A stretch of DNA of 63,033 nucleotides, the filler included, from Folioceros fuciformis (taxonomy: Eukaryota): assembly GCA_049999805.1 (NCBI GenBank). It is 17 parts of 17 records of this genome, joined end to end, with 100 filler letters (N's around TTAATTAATTAA, not from the genome) between each part and the next. Parts side by side here need not be neighbours in the genome. Positions count along the whole stretch, not along the records: positions 47,591 to 53,080 come from JBNGIO010003756.1; positions 53,181 to 56,058 come from JBNGIO010003757.1; positions 56,159 to 57,981 come from JBNGIO010003758.1; positions 58,082 to 60,161 come from JBNGIO010003759.1; positions 60,262 to 63,033 come from JBNGIO010003760.1; 12 more parts are not named here. One strand, written 5' to 3'. Positions 48,741 to 61,556 of this stretch are shown here, piece after piece (the first letter of the stretch is position 1; every line of letters starts with the position of its first letter). Below the pieces are notes generated by a model. The model was not told the origin of the DNA. It did not search any database and was given only the letters and a program-made list of their open reading frames with translations. The translations under genes were made by a program, and so were the position numbers.

Positions 48741-51700
48741 TGTATAGTGAGAGAGTGGCTCTTTGGCATGCCATACCTGCGACACCGGCACGCACCTAAT
48801 GAAGGATTGCTTCCGAAGCTACATGGTGAAGGAGGAGAGGAGAAAAGAGAGGTCTCGCTCTCAGTGTCTCAATAGCAAGGGAGCTCAAGGGGGTATTTAT
48901 ACCCTTTAGAAGAGCTCCCTATGAAGCTTCACAAGAAGCGCACAAGAAGCTGCGCAAGAAGCTTCCTACAGATTAGCTTAAGCTAATCTAAACTAATGGT
49001 ACTTAACTAGACACTAATCTTAGACTAAACACATTAGTCTAAGTACATTGGGTTTTAATAACCCTACAACCTCCCACTTAAAGGCCAATTTACCTTCATA
49101 GGAGAGTAGTCTACCTCATGCCCATGAGTGTCTGAGCTTGTGCGAATTGCTCCGTAGAGAGCCCCTTGGTAAGAACATCTACAGGGTTCTGACTGGTGTG
49201 AACTTTGACAAGCTGTACCCTCTTGTCTTCCAACACCTCTCGAATGAAGAAATACTTCACTTCCACATGTTTGGTCTTTGCATGAAACACTGGATTCTTC
49301 ACCAATTGGATAACACTCTGGCTATCACAATGCAACACTGGCAACTCAACCTTGAACCCCAAATGTCCCACCAAACGAGCAAGCCACATGGCTTCCTTGC
49401 ACACCTCAATCGCAGCAACATACTCGGCCTCTGTGGTAGATAGCGTTATGCACGAAGATTGCCATGAGATTGCCCCTCTAGTGCACATGAAGATATAACT
49501 TGATGTGGACCTCCTTTTGTCCATATCCCTTGTATAATCAGCATCCGTATATCCCACTACATATGCATCTTCACTACCAAAACATAAGCACAAAGCTTTT
49601 GTACCATTCAAGTACCTCATAACTCCTTTCACTGCCTCCCAATGCTTCCTGCCAGGGTTTGACATAAACCTGCTAACCACTCCCACTGCAAAAGCAATGT
49701 TAGGACGTGTAGCAATCATTGCATACATCAAACTCCCTACAGCAGATGAATATGGAACCTTCTCCATTTCAGCTTTGTCCTTCGCAAAACTTGAGCCATC
49801 CTTGCTCGATAGTTTCACATATGGAGGCAATGGAGTACTCAATACCTTCTCCTTCTTGAAACGTTGAAGCACCTTGTTAATGTACTCAGTCTGAGACAAG
49901 TAAAGCAAACACTTCTGTCTGTCTCGACGAATACGCATGCCAAAAATATGGCTTGCCTCTCCCAAGTCTATCATGTCAAAGCGAGCATTCAACTTTGACT
50001 TCAACGCTGAAATCTCATCACTATTAGTCCTAGCAATTAGCATATCATCCACATAGAGGACCAGAATGAGCAAGCTTTCATCCTTAGCTTGCTTCGTATA
50101 GAGGCAATGATCCTCATCGCTAAGCTTGTAGCCTTGAGAAAGCATAAATGAGTGGAACTTGAAATACCACTCCCTGAGTGCCTGCTTTAAACCATAAAGG
50201 CTCTTCTTTAACCTGCACACCAGACTCTCTTTGGCTTTCTCAATGAAACCCTCTGGTTGCTGCATGTATATCTCTTCCTGGAGATCACCATGCAGAAATG
50301 TCGACTTCACATCCATCTGGACAAGTTCCAAGTCGTGTCTCGCAACCAGACCAAGAACACATCGCAAGGTGGTCATTTTGACAACTGGTGAGAAAGTCTC
50401 ATCAAAATCAATACCTTGCTGCTGCTTAAAACCCTTAACAACCAATCGTGCCTTGTACTTGGGTTTGCCATGATGGGGTATGTCCTTCATCTTATACACC
50501 CATTTGCATGGCAACGCCTTCTTGCCCCTAGGCAACCGAACCAACTCCAAAGTTTGGTTCTTGTGGAGCGAATCCATTTGCGACTGGATCGCCTTCTCCC
50601 ACTTGTCCTTGTCAGTCACCGACATGGTCTCTTGATAACAAGAGGGCTCCCCACAATCCGTCAGCATGACATAATCAAAAGATGCAACATACCTGTCAGG
50701 AGGACGTGAGATCCTTTCTGACCTACGAAGCACCGGCGCCTCGATCGGAGCTGGTTGCACTCTCTCCTCTTCTACAAGGGGAGGAACTTGTTCCTCCACA
50801 TCACGACGTTCAACCTGCGTGGGACGGTCAAGTCCATCTTCTTGGAAGACCACCCATCGCACCTCCCCAGTTGGAGTAGGCCTCTTGTGCATCTTGGTCT
50901 CATTGAAGAACACGTCATTGCTGCGAACCATCCTCTTGGCCTCTGGATCCCACAAATGATATATCATCTTACCAGATTCACCATAGCCAAGAAAAATACA
51001 TTTTCTTGACCTAGGAGCCAACTTGTCTCGAAACTCCTTCGGAGCATGGTAGTATGCCTCGCAGCCAAACACTCATAGATGCTTGTATGACGGCTTCTTT
51101 CCAGACCACATCTCCTCTAGAACCTGTTCATCCACAACCCTATTAAGAGATCTGTTAATAAGATGCACCGCAGTAACCACCGCTTCTGCCCAAAATCTGT
51201 TAGGCAATCCAAAGTTTGATACCAAACTACGCATCCTCTCCTGGATGGTCCTGTTCATCTGTTCAGCCACACCGTTCTGGGGAGGAGTATACGGCGCAGT
51301 CAATTCTCTCTTGATTCCCTTGGAATCACAAAATGACTGGAAAGCCTTCGAAACATACTCTCCCCCATTGTTTGTCCTTAGACACTTCAGTCGGAGGCCA
51401 GACTGATTCTCCACAAGGGTAATGAATTTCTGAAACATTGTCCAAGCATCATCCTTTTTCCTCAAAGGATAAACCCACACCTTGCATGAGAAATCATCTA
51501 TGAAAGTGACAAAATAGGATGCACCGCCTAACAATACAGTGGGCATAGGTCCACAAACGTCACTGTGAACCAACTCCAGAGGTTTACTTTTGTGTTTACC
51601 TCTTGCTCCATATGGTGACTTCGTTTGTTTCCCATACAAACAGTGCTCACATACGGAGAAATCGGAGAAGTTAAAAGCAGGAACGTAACCAAAACGAGAT

Positions 51701-53080
51701 AAGATCTTCATTCCTTTTTGAGACATATGTCCTAACCGACTATGCCACAAGGAAACACTTGGTTGTTCCGTTACACAAATCACATGATCCTTGACAGTGG
51801 TCACCTGAAGTGAGTACAAAGTGCCACACTTCGATCCACGAGCTAAAACAAGAGAACCTTTGGAGATCTTCCAGGAACGATCTCCAAACCAACAATGGTG
51901 GCCAGCGTCATCCAACTGCCCTGCGCTAATCATACTTTTTGTCAACTTCAAAACATGCCTAACATCCTTTAGTACGAATGAAGATCCATTGTTGAACGTC
52001 AGCTGCACATCACCAATGCCTGCAATCTCACATGCGTAGTTATTTCCAAGCCGAACACATCCTTTCCTAGTAGCATCATAAGTGCTAAACCACTCCCTAT
52101 GCGGAGTAACATGGAACTCCAGAGTCAATTATCCAATTAGAGAATAAGTGACTCTCCACGGCTGTCAATTGTGCAAAATCGAAGGAAGAAGAGATAAGAA
52201 CATCTCCATCGTCAACAGAGTTCACCTCATCATGTTTGTCACTCGGATTTGCCTTATTGTCGCTCTACTTCTTCTCCTTTCCTTTGTCCTTCTTGAACTT
52301 CTCACAATCCTTCCTGATGTGACCCTTCTTGTGATAGTGGTAACACTCAATATTGTTACGACTACGAGATTTGCTACGGGAAGAACTTCGCTCCTTGTAC
52401 TTCCCCTTTGAAGTGGACCTTCCTCTCACCATGAGGGCATTGGAACCTTTCGAAGGTTCCATATTCTTCCTGTTCACCTGCTCTGTTAACAGACTACCTT
52501 CTACATTCACAACGATAAGACCACTGGTAGGAGCGGAATTACTCAGAGCTATACGAAAGGTGTCCCAGCTCTCTGGTAATGTGGCCAACAAAAACATAGC
52601 TCTCACGGAATTTGGGAATGAGATACCTTGAGATGAGAGCTGGCTGAAAATGGTATTGAACTCATTCAGATGATCGGACATCCTCGTCCCTTCCTTCATC
52701 TTCAAGTCCACCAGCTGTTTCAACTAATACACCTGAGAAGCCGCAATTTGCTTCTGGTACAGGTCACACAACTTCTGCCATAGCTCGTAGCTTGTGGTCT
52801 TGTCTTTCACGTTGAAGTAGACCGACTTCGATAATGTTAGCATGATGGTAGACCTAGCAAGCTCATCTAGATCCGGCCACTCATGCTAACAGGTTTCACT
52901 CCTCGCAACTTGATGAGCTTGATCTGCTTCTTCTGTACTAGAACATTATACACTTGTTCTTTCCAAAACAGTAAGTTAGTACCATCTAACTTCTCGATAT
53001 TGAACATGACGTTTTCTGAGGATGCCACGTTTCAAAATCGATGCAAATCAACCAAAAGGCTAGTTAGAAAACGGTCGGAA
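48741..53080 (-). mobile_element. Near-complete Tnt1/Tork-like Copia element with PPT and 3' LTR (49068-48741)
   Basis: IEKLDGTNLLFWK gag, CYHYHKKGHIRKDC, LWHSRLGHMS, ELVHSDVCGP, PQNGVAE, YKARLVVKGF, LYVDDML, YTDADY, KTKHVEV. PPT TAAGTGGGAGGT; LTR TGTA...TACA. Confidence 0.95.
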
Positions 53081-54059
53081 NNNNNNNNNNNNNNNNNNNN
53101 NNNNNNNNNNNNNNNNNNNNNNNNTTAATTAATTAANNNNNNNNNNNNNNNNNNNNNNNNNNNNNNNNNNNNNNNNNNNNAAATTCGAGCACTTTGGCAG
53201 GACGTGATAGTAGAGTGGCCTGATGCAAGTGGAAAGCTAAGCAAGACTATTTCACTTTGTCTCAACAATAATATGCGAAATAATGGCGACAGAATAAAAG
53301 TTAGACCAGGAATTGCATTTTTAGACAATGGTGGGTGTGAATTTTTTATAGAAGGTTTTGCGCTGGAAAAGGTATTGATAGATTTGGGAGCGCAACCCAC
53401 ATTGATTCATTTCAACACGGCATATGCTATGGGATTGAGAAAGGAAGATATACAGGAGACAAGATGGAAGATAAGCATGGCCAATGGAGGTCTGGAGGCA
53501 GTGATGGGAGAAACTAAGGAGAAATTACAGTTATGTTTTTTAAGCCTGGGACATAAGAAGAGATAGTGATTGATATTAAATGTTTGATTGTTAAATATGG
53601 AAATTTTGATGTTATTTTGGGAACAGAGGCTTTATTCATGCATGGAGGAGGGGTGGACTTATGGACAGAGGAGTTTTAATATCGTCCAAGGTGGCGGCGA
53701 CAAGGTGAAGGAATGAGAGTAGCGACAATTCCACTTAAGTTGCAGTTATATGAGGATGTACAAGATGCGTGTGTGGTAAACATGACGACTTCTTGGGATG
53801 AGCAGGAGGAGAAGATGAAGATGTGAAATTGTGGGTGGAGAGTNNNNNNNNNNNNNNNNNNNNNNNNNNNNNNNNNNNNNNNNNNNNNNNNNNNNNNNNN
53901 NNNNNNNNNNNNNNNNNNNNNNNNNNNNNNNNNNNNNNNNNNNAGCTTGAAAAACGACAGACTGAGTTTCAGCTAGATGATAAAATTCAGCTTTGTACAA
54001 AGAAAGCAGTTTGTAAACTTGAACTTGTGTGTAATAAACTTGTGACATTGAGTTCGTCT

Positions 54060-55031
54060 GAGTATGGATTGGTTGTGGTTGAGTTGTTTGCTGGGATTGC
54101 ATCTGGTCTGGAGGCTATGTTGGCTGCTTGGTATGTGGTCAGACGTTACACTTATTGTGATCCAGATGAAGTTTGTCAGGCAATTGCGAAGGCAAGGGTG
54201 TTCAAATTATGTAAAACGTATCCTGAACAATTAAACGTTCAAGCTGTGAAGCAAGCATTTTCTGCTTGGCCGTAGGATGTTAGGCTTATTGGATTGATAC
54301 AATTTCAAGTGGAGGAAGAAATTGATCTAATAATAGCTGGCTGGGAATGTCAAGGGCATTCAATGGCAGGCAAGGGAAAAGGCTTGTTGGATTATAGGTC
54401 AGTGTTATTTTATGAGCTAATTAAGATTTTGAATTTGGTGCAAAAGCATTAGAGGAAAGAATATGGCTTTTTTATTGAGAATGTAGATTCACAAATGGAT
54501 AGAAGAATGGTGTTGAGACGAGATTTTGAGGAGATCAAGTATTATTTGGGTGAACCTATAAAGTTGGATGCAGTGCATTTTAGATCTAGGGCTCATAGGC
54601 ATTGCTGTTTTTGGAATAACATGATGCCTAGGCATTTGTTGCAGATGCTTGTGAGTCAATAGTGTAGGGATGATGATTTGATAGTTCATCAGATATTACA
54701 TGAGGGACGAGTGTGTAAGTATGTGACTTCAGATGATAGACAACCCTTTTATTGTGTAAATAAAGAAGGGGAGCTCAGGAGGGCGCTACCAACATTTGTT
54801 AGTTTTGAAGGCGCCAATGCATTTAAAGAGGATGGACCTTGAATGATATTTGATACGAAGAGGAAGGTGTGGGATGTGCCATCTCCCTTGGAGAGAGAGA
54901 GGGCAATGGGTTTTGATACAAGTACTACTGAAGTGGAGGACATAACATTTGAGCAAAGGAATAAAAAACTAGGACAAGCTATGGATTTAAATACAGTCAG
55001 GTGGCTTACAATGTCTATAAAAGTTTATTAA
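54060..55031 (+). pseudogene. DNA (cytosine-5) methyltransferase domain inside Gypsy pol, single frame with 4 premature stops
   Basis: Motif I VELFAGIASG (E at 54081), IV IDLIIAGWECQG (Cys 54348-54350), VI FIENV (E at 54477), VIII AHRHCCFW (54591), IX ERERAMGF, X LGQAMDL. Stops at 54273, 54450, 54660 and 54840. Confidence 0.88.
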
Positions 55032-55937
55032 GAGTGGAAGAGAAAGTGGAAAGCTATTGTGAGTACAAGGTTGGAGAGACGTAGTTTGAGTAAAGTAAGA
55101 AGAGATGAAGGTTTAGACGTTGGGGGGGAGACTAAAAGAATGAGAGAGCATGATGAGGTCTTAGGTAATGAGGGTAAGCAAAGCAAGCAGATGAGATATG
55201 GGGCAAAGGTTGCATATGTAGAAAGGAAAGGTAGGAATGTGGCTAGCTCAGCTGTGAGGTTAACGTTTCTGAGAAAAAGGAATGTATGGATTTTCAGTGG
55301 GATATTTCTAATGAGATAACTTTGGAGGATAGGGAGGATTTCGTAAGGATTTTGGAAAGTAGCAGGCAGGTATTTGCTTTTTCCAATAAGGAATTGGGTT
55401 GGCACAAGACGTTTAAGTTTAAGATTCGGCTTAAAACTTATAAACCGGTTTTTAGAAGGCCATATCGTTTGAGTAAACTGGAGAATGAGAGAATGAGATT
55501 GTGGACAAGAAGTGTCAAGAGTTGCTTGAAGCTGGATTGATAAGGTCTTCGAAATCAGAGTATGCAGCAGCTACGGTGCTTCCGCCAAAGAAGGATGTGC
55601 CTGGTAATTAGACAGAAAAGAGAATGTGTAGTGACTATAGGCCGCTTAATAAAGTGATGCCTATGGACAGATATCCAATGCCAACTCCAGAAATTTTTGA
55701 TGCAATTGGTGAATGTAAGATATTTTCAACATTGGATTTGAGAGGTGGTTTTAATCACATTGAAATTGAAGAGGAAGATAAGAAGAAGACTGCTTTTTGG
55801 GGTAATAGATGTTTGTGGGAATGGGTGGTTATCCAATTTGGATTGAAGAATGCTCCTAGTGCTTTCAGAGAGCGATGGATCAAGCATTGAGAGGTTTGTC
55901 GTTCACCAGATGTTACATAGATGATGTAATAATTTTT

Positions 55938-56058
55938 AGTAGCAGTGTGGAAGAACATAAGGAGCATGTTAGGCATGTTAGTAGCAGTGTGGAAGAACAT
56001 AAGGAGCATGTTAGGCATGTTAGTAGCAGTGTGGAAGAACATAAGGAGCATGTTAGGC
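55938..56058 (+). repeat. 42-bp tandem repeat (~3x, SSSVEEHKEHVRHV) right after RT YIDD
   Basis: AGTAGCAGTGTGGAAGAACATAAGGAGCATGTTAGGCATGTT repeated up to the scaffold end. Confidence 0.9.
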
Positions 56059-57553
56059 NNNNNNNNNNNNNNNNNNNNNNNNNNNNNNNNNNNNNNNNNN
56101 NNTTAATTAATTAANNNNNNNNNNNNNNNNNNNNNNNNNNNNNNNNNNNNNNNNNNNNGGAATGAGCAGGTTGTGATTTTTTTTGTGAAGGGACAGGCGA
56201 ATCGGCTTAGTAGGTAAATAAGACCAGGGTGTTTATGCCCAAAGTCCTTCTTGGGCTTCGGGGTGTATTGGAGACCGGGACAAGGAGGGGGAATGAGCGA
56301 GTGCCTCCTTGGCCCTCGGGTCATTGAGAACATTAAGGACCAGGTCTGTAGGTAGGTGAGTGGGGTATGTCCTTGGCCTTTGGTGGTCCAAGGCCCCTTA
56401 GGTCTCTATATATGCTACCCCCCCCNNNNNNNNNNNNNNNNNNNNNNNNNNNNNNNNNNNNNNNNNNNNNNNNNNNNNNNNNNNNNNNNNNNNNNNNNNN
56501 NNNNNNNNNNNNNNNNNNNNNNNNNAGGAGAAAGCGCCAGGACGACAGGGTAGACGGCGCAGGGCGTGAGGGTTGACCAGGCACCAGGGAGTGGGAGACC
56601 TCCAAGGCGCGAGTGGTGGGGAGAGCTGGGCGAACAGAGGAAGAGCCAGAGCGCGATAAGGACAGAAGAGTTCTGAGCCCGAGCGTGAGGGAGGAAGGAT
56701 AGGCAGGATGAGGTCACGACCTGAACTGATCCCTGGAGCAGCAGCCTCTAAACAGGAGGGGGGACCTCCTGACCCGCGAATCGACCTACTCCTGTGGCCC
56801 AATATGGAGCATTGGAGGGTCAGGGCAGGAAAGTTGGTGGCAGAGCTGGGTCTGACTTTTATGACCCAGAAGTGGAACCATGCAGCACCCGAGCTGGTCA
56901 GGGAGTGCGCCCTGAGGCTGATAAGAGCCTGTACGCGAGGATTTAGGGTTTTCTCAAGGTGGAAGGACATTTTCAGGTGCAGGCCTCAAAGAGACAAGTT
57001 GGTGTTTTGACTGGACTAAGTGATAGGATTGAGGAGAAGTGTGAGCGAGAGTGTCCTTGGCCCTTGGTGGTTCGGGGGTACTTAGGTGTCTATATATGCA
57101 CCCCCCCCCCTGAAAATAAGAAAATAAGGAAGGGGCATGGACTTAGGTAGTTGTGGACTTAGACGAAAAATCGGGTTGTTCTGACTTGGCGACGGTAGTG
57201 GAAGTTAAACTACCGTCGTGGAAGGGGAACGGGCGGTAGTGCAACCGGCAGTAGTGGAATGGGAACAGCCAGTATAAAACCCTAGGGAAGTCGGGGCGAC
57301 TTACTCGGCATTCGAAGCAGGAGCGTGACCGCGAGTTGGGAGCGGGTGTGGAAGTAGCAGAGGAGCGCGACCTTGGCCAGGAGCAGAACAGGCATTGAGG
57401 CAACGGAGCGGAGCGGGTAGGGGACGATGGGCGATTCACAAGCGCAGGGGGAAGGCGACAGCGGTGTTCAGAGCGTGCGGGTGATCAGGCAGAATGAGGG
57501 CCCTCCTGGAGCTGCTACCAGGAGTAACGGAGACTGGAGAGGAGGAAGGACCT

Positions 57554-57981
57554 TGTGGAGGCAAAACCCCGGGCACTGATTGCCGACGGATTCCACCTTT
57601 AGTGGCCACACTTATCCCACTGTCGTTGAGACATTGGGTTTCGTTCCCACGAAGGAGCGATGGGGTTCCTTGCTGCTGTGGAGGGAGGGTCGGACTTGAT
57701 CAACTCGATGATGGATTCGAGGGCTCCCCTCCAGCTCTGATCAGGCGTAGGACAGGCCTCGCTGTCCGGCGGTCAGCTGCACCTCTCTCGGTGCCCACAA
57801 ACTCACTCCAGTCACTACAACGACTCTAACCTCTCAGATCTGCGACTTCCTTCACTCACTCTCTCGCTCCAGCACCAACACCAACAACTACCAGCAACCA
57901 GCAACGACACCACTACCTTCTACACTTCAAGGTTACTCCTCCTACCCGGCAAGAGTCACTAGACTAACCCCAAACAAAAGG
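57554..57981 (+). mobile_element. Family A LTR-like repeat, start
   Basis: TGTGGAGGCAAAACCCCGGGCACTG... Confidence 0.9.
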
Positions 57982-58081
57982 NNNNNNNNNNNNNNNNNNN
58001 NNNNNNNNNNNNNNNNNNNNNNNNNTTAATTAATTAANNNNNNNNNNNNNNNNNNNNNNNNNNNNNNNNNNNNNNNNNNNN

Positions 58082-58816
58082 TGCCGGCTGTACAGTGTCT
58101 GGTAGGATCGCGGGCAGCGTCTTGCCGGCTGTACAGTGTCTGGTAGGATCGCGGGCAGCGTGTTGCCGGTTGTATAGTGTCTGGTAGGATCACAAGGTGT
58201 AATGACCAGGGTGTAGGGGCTTGCCCCTAGCTCTTGATTGTAAAGGGTGTGTCTTTCTCTCAACCTGTCCACTCTTGTTCCTTGCTTGGTCAAGTGTTGT
58301 AGGCCGGCCATGTCTCATGGCGTCTGGTGAGGTTGTGGGGAGGAGATACCCAAGAGGGGAGTGTGTTCCCCTCTTCCTTTTGTTTGGGGTTAGTCTAGTG
58401 ACTCTTGCCGGGTAGGAGGAGTCCGTAGGGAAGTGTAGAAGGTAGTGGTGTCGTNNNNNNNNNNNNNNNNNNNNNNNNNNNNNNNNNNNNNNNNNNNNNN
58501 NNNNNNNNNNNNNNNNNNNNNNNNNNNNNNNNNNNNNNNNNNNNNNNNNNNNNNGTGACTGGAGTGAGTTTGTGGGCACCGAGAGAGGTGCAGCTGATCG
58601 CCGGACAGCGAGGCCTGTTCTACGCCTGATCGGAGCTGGAGGGGAGCCCTCGAATCCATCATCGAGTCGATCAAGTCCCACCCTCCATCCACAGCAGCAA
58701 GGAACCCCATCGCTCCTTCGTGGGAACGAAACCCAATGTCTCAACAACAGTGGGATAAGTGTGGCCACTAAAGGTGGAACCCATTGGCAATCAGTGCCCG
58801 GGGTTTTGCCTCCACA
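58082..58816 (-). mobile_element. Family A LTR-like repeat, partial, with expanded internal ~40-bp tandem units
   Basis: Ends ...TTTTGCCTCCACA at 58816. TGCCGG(C/T)TGTA(C/T)AGTGTCTGGTAGGATC x3 at 58082-58191. Confidence 0.9.
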
Positions 58817-58929
58817 GCACTCAAAATAGCTTTCTGTGAAAGGTTCCGAGGAGTGGATGTAGACGGGTATGTTCTGTCCAAACTTGAGAGGCTGCGACGA
58901 AGGCAGAAGGAAACATTGCAAGCTTATGT

Positions 58930-59817
58930 GGTCCTTCACTTCCACATGTTTGGTCTTCGCATGAAACACTGGATTCTTCGCCAATTGGATAGCACTCTGG
59001 CTATCACATTGCAACACTGGCAGCTCAACCTGGATCCCCAAATCTCCCACTAGACGAGCAAGCCACATGGCTTCCTTGCAAGCCTCAGTCGCTGCAACAT
59101 ACTCGGCCTCTATGGTAGATAGCGTTATGCACGATTTCAAACGCGATCACCATGAGATTGCCCCTCCAGTGCACATGAAGACATAACCTGATGTGGACCT
59201 CCTTTTGTCCATATCCCCTACATAATCAGCATCCGTATATCGCACGACAGATGCATCTTCACCACCAAAACATAAGCACAAAGCTTTCGTACCATTTAAG
59301 TACCTCAGAACTTCTTTCACTGCCTCCCAATGCTTCCTGCCAGGGTTTGACATAAACTTGCTAACCACTCCCACTGCAAAAGCAATGTCATGACGTGTAG
59401 CAATCATTGCATACATCAAACTCCCTACTGCTGATGAGTGTGGAATTTTCTCCATTTCAACTTTGTCCTCCGTAGAGCTTGGGCAATCCTTGCTCGATAG
59501 TTTCACATATTGAGGCAACGGAGTATTTAATACCTTCCCCTTCTCCATATTGAAACGTTGAAGCACCTTGTTAATGTATTCAGTCTGAGACAAGTACAGC
59601 AAACGCTTTTGTCTGTCTCGCCGAATATGCATGCCAAGAATATGGCTTGCCTCTCCCAAGTCTGTCATATCAAAGTGACCGTTCAACTTTGACTTCAACG
59701 CTGAAACCTCATCACTGTTAGCCCCAGCAATTAGCATATCATCCACATAGAGGACCAGAATGAGCAAGCTTGAATCCTTAGCTTGCTTTGTATAGAGGCA
59801 ATGATCCTCATCGCTAC
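58930..59817 (-). mobile_element. Copia RT/RNase H fragment, same family as 48741-53080
   Basis: Closely matches 49255-50122 (SDEDHCLYTKQAKD...LYVDDML...YTDADY...KTKHVEVK). Confidence 0.93.
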
Positions 59818-59818
59818 G

Positions 59819-60161
59819 TGTGGAGTGGAACTTGCACCCAAGAACAACCAAGGGCCACACTTCCCCCTTATTATCGTCGTAGTACTAGGATTCGCTCCCA
59901 AGGGAATGAACCAGCGTCAAGGTTTCCTACAATTTCCCCCACTCTGCCCTCATTTGATCCTATCTATCAGCCGGCTCCTAGACCTAACCACACTACAGAA
60001 AAAGATCAGAATCTTGTCTTCAACACCAACTACAACCTCAATTGAATGAGGACTCAGCATCATCTTCAGCTCCCACTCCTAGCTCCGGGTATTAGCCGCC
60101 TCAGCAGCTGAGAGGAGGTTCCAGCCCTGGCCTCAACCTCCACTCTCAGCCCTAAATGCCA
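59819..60161 (+). mobile_element. Start of a TGTGG-type LTR interrupting the Copia RT
   Basis: TGTGGAGTGGAACTTGCACCCAAG...GGATTCGCTCCCAAGGGAATGA resembles the 45892 LTR start. The Copia RT match ends abruptly here. Confidence 0.6.
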
Positions 60162-61556
60162 NNNNNNNNNNNNNNNNNNNNNNNNNNNNNNNNNNNNNNN
60201 NNNNNTTAATTAATTAANNNNNNNNNNNNNNNNNNNNNNNNNNNNNNNNNNNNNNNNNNNNCCAGTCCCTATCTCTATGCTCTGGTGGATGTGGGATGCT
60301 AAGATTCATTACGGGATTGTCATGCCGAGTCCACTGCTCTGTTTTCAAAGAAACAAGGTTCGGGTATGGTTCGCTTTGCTTACCGAGTTCCTTCCACAGC
60401 AATTGATGAGCGCTGCACGGCACCAAACGTCAGGCCTTTGTCGTCCTTGTCCAGCCGAGAAGGATAACTGCTGATCCGAAATGCCTACGGAACTGCGAGG
60501 ACTAGATCATGTCCCTTGGTACTCACTAACTCTCGTAGGCCATCAACTAGTGGTGATTCTATCGCAACGGGCTCCACGAATGACACAACGGGACCGTGCT
60601 CTCTTGATTCTATTAATACCATTGACTGTTGAATGAGTATCACGTGGCTAGACATCTTGCCAAGCCATACTTAAGGTCTTTCTAGGGAAGCAATGATANN
60701 NNNNNNNNNNNNNNNNNNNNNNNNNNNNNNNNNNNNNNNNNNNNNNNNNNNNNNNNNNNNNNNNNNNNNNNNNNNNNNNNNNNNNNNNNNNNNNNNNNTG
60801 GAGTTTCGAGATGGTCATCATCAATGGCCTTCTGCTCTAGTCTCCTTCAACCATTTGTCAATCTCAAGAGAGCATACTAAAAGTTGAATGTGTATGTTTG
60901 GAGATGTGAAAGGTTCCCCTGCATCCCGAGGCCATGCTGGGTTTGCATCTCCGTATGAGTATAAACCCAAAGAGATGGAGGAATAGTCAATCTAGATAGC
61001 CACCTTTAAAGTGCTGTTGTACATGCAAATTGCTTCATGAGACCAACTGTCAAGAGCTGAGCACATGAGGGAGGCAATTGACTAAAAGACCGCAGCTCAC
61101 AAGGAATCTTCAGCACAAGACATACATTACCCTCTTAGACCTATGACCTATTGTCCTACCAGTGTACCTTATTTGACCAGAATCCTTCTTTCACTATGTT
61201 ATGTTCAATTGGGGATGTTGGCATCAAGATGGAAAACGTCAACAAAAGAGCTTGCCCACATATCTGCACCCTTAGCACCGCATGTTGAGGTGAACAAATG
61301 TTCCCACAACCTACAAATATGGATTCTAGGCTTCCGTATTAACTCTCTTTCATAATATTCAATTCATAAAATGTTATGCTAACTAACATTGGATTACACT
61401 GTTTCTCATCATTATTCATAAAATGAAATACAACCATACTTTTGAATCCAAATCCTTCATTACAATATATGATTAATAGCAATGCATTGCAATGCTACAT
61501 ACAAAGCGGCATAATATAGCAAACCTATTACATTTCATACTCCTAATCTTCGAAAA

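Larger units (their letters stand above)
53181..56058 (+). mobile_element. Ty3/Gypsy pol fragment: aspartic protease, C5 DNA methyltransferase, reverse transcriptase
   Basis: Protease KVLIDLGAQ...FDVILG. Gypsy RT RRPYRLS, RMCSDYRPLN, DRYPMP, FSTLDLRGGF, KTAF, FGLKNAP and YIDD. The DNMT domain lies between them. Confidence 0.9.

Noticed and set aside
54060-55031. DNMT as bacterial contamination or a host DRM/CMT gene
   Set aside because: Contiguous and co-oriented with Gypsy RT, decayed like the other TEs, intronless, non-permuted and without a chromodomain insertion.
55938-56058. His/Glu repeat as a functional RT insertion
   Set aside because: Perfect tandem duplication of normal RT sequence at a scaffold end; local slippage or assembly artefact.
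5511-58829. Recurrent ORFs such as MAGLQHL..., MPLALDCK... and CGGKTPGTDC... as a gene family
   Set aside because: All are translations of the non-coding family A LTR, with variable frames and stops.
1197-60261. Regularly recurring TTAATTAATTAA palindromes as a biological repeat or CRISPR-like array
   Set aside because: Always centred in N44...N44 and giving stops in all six frames; these are artificial concatenation linkers.
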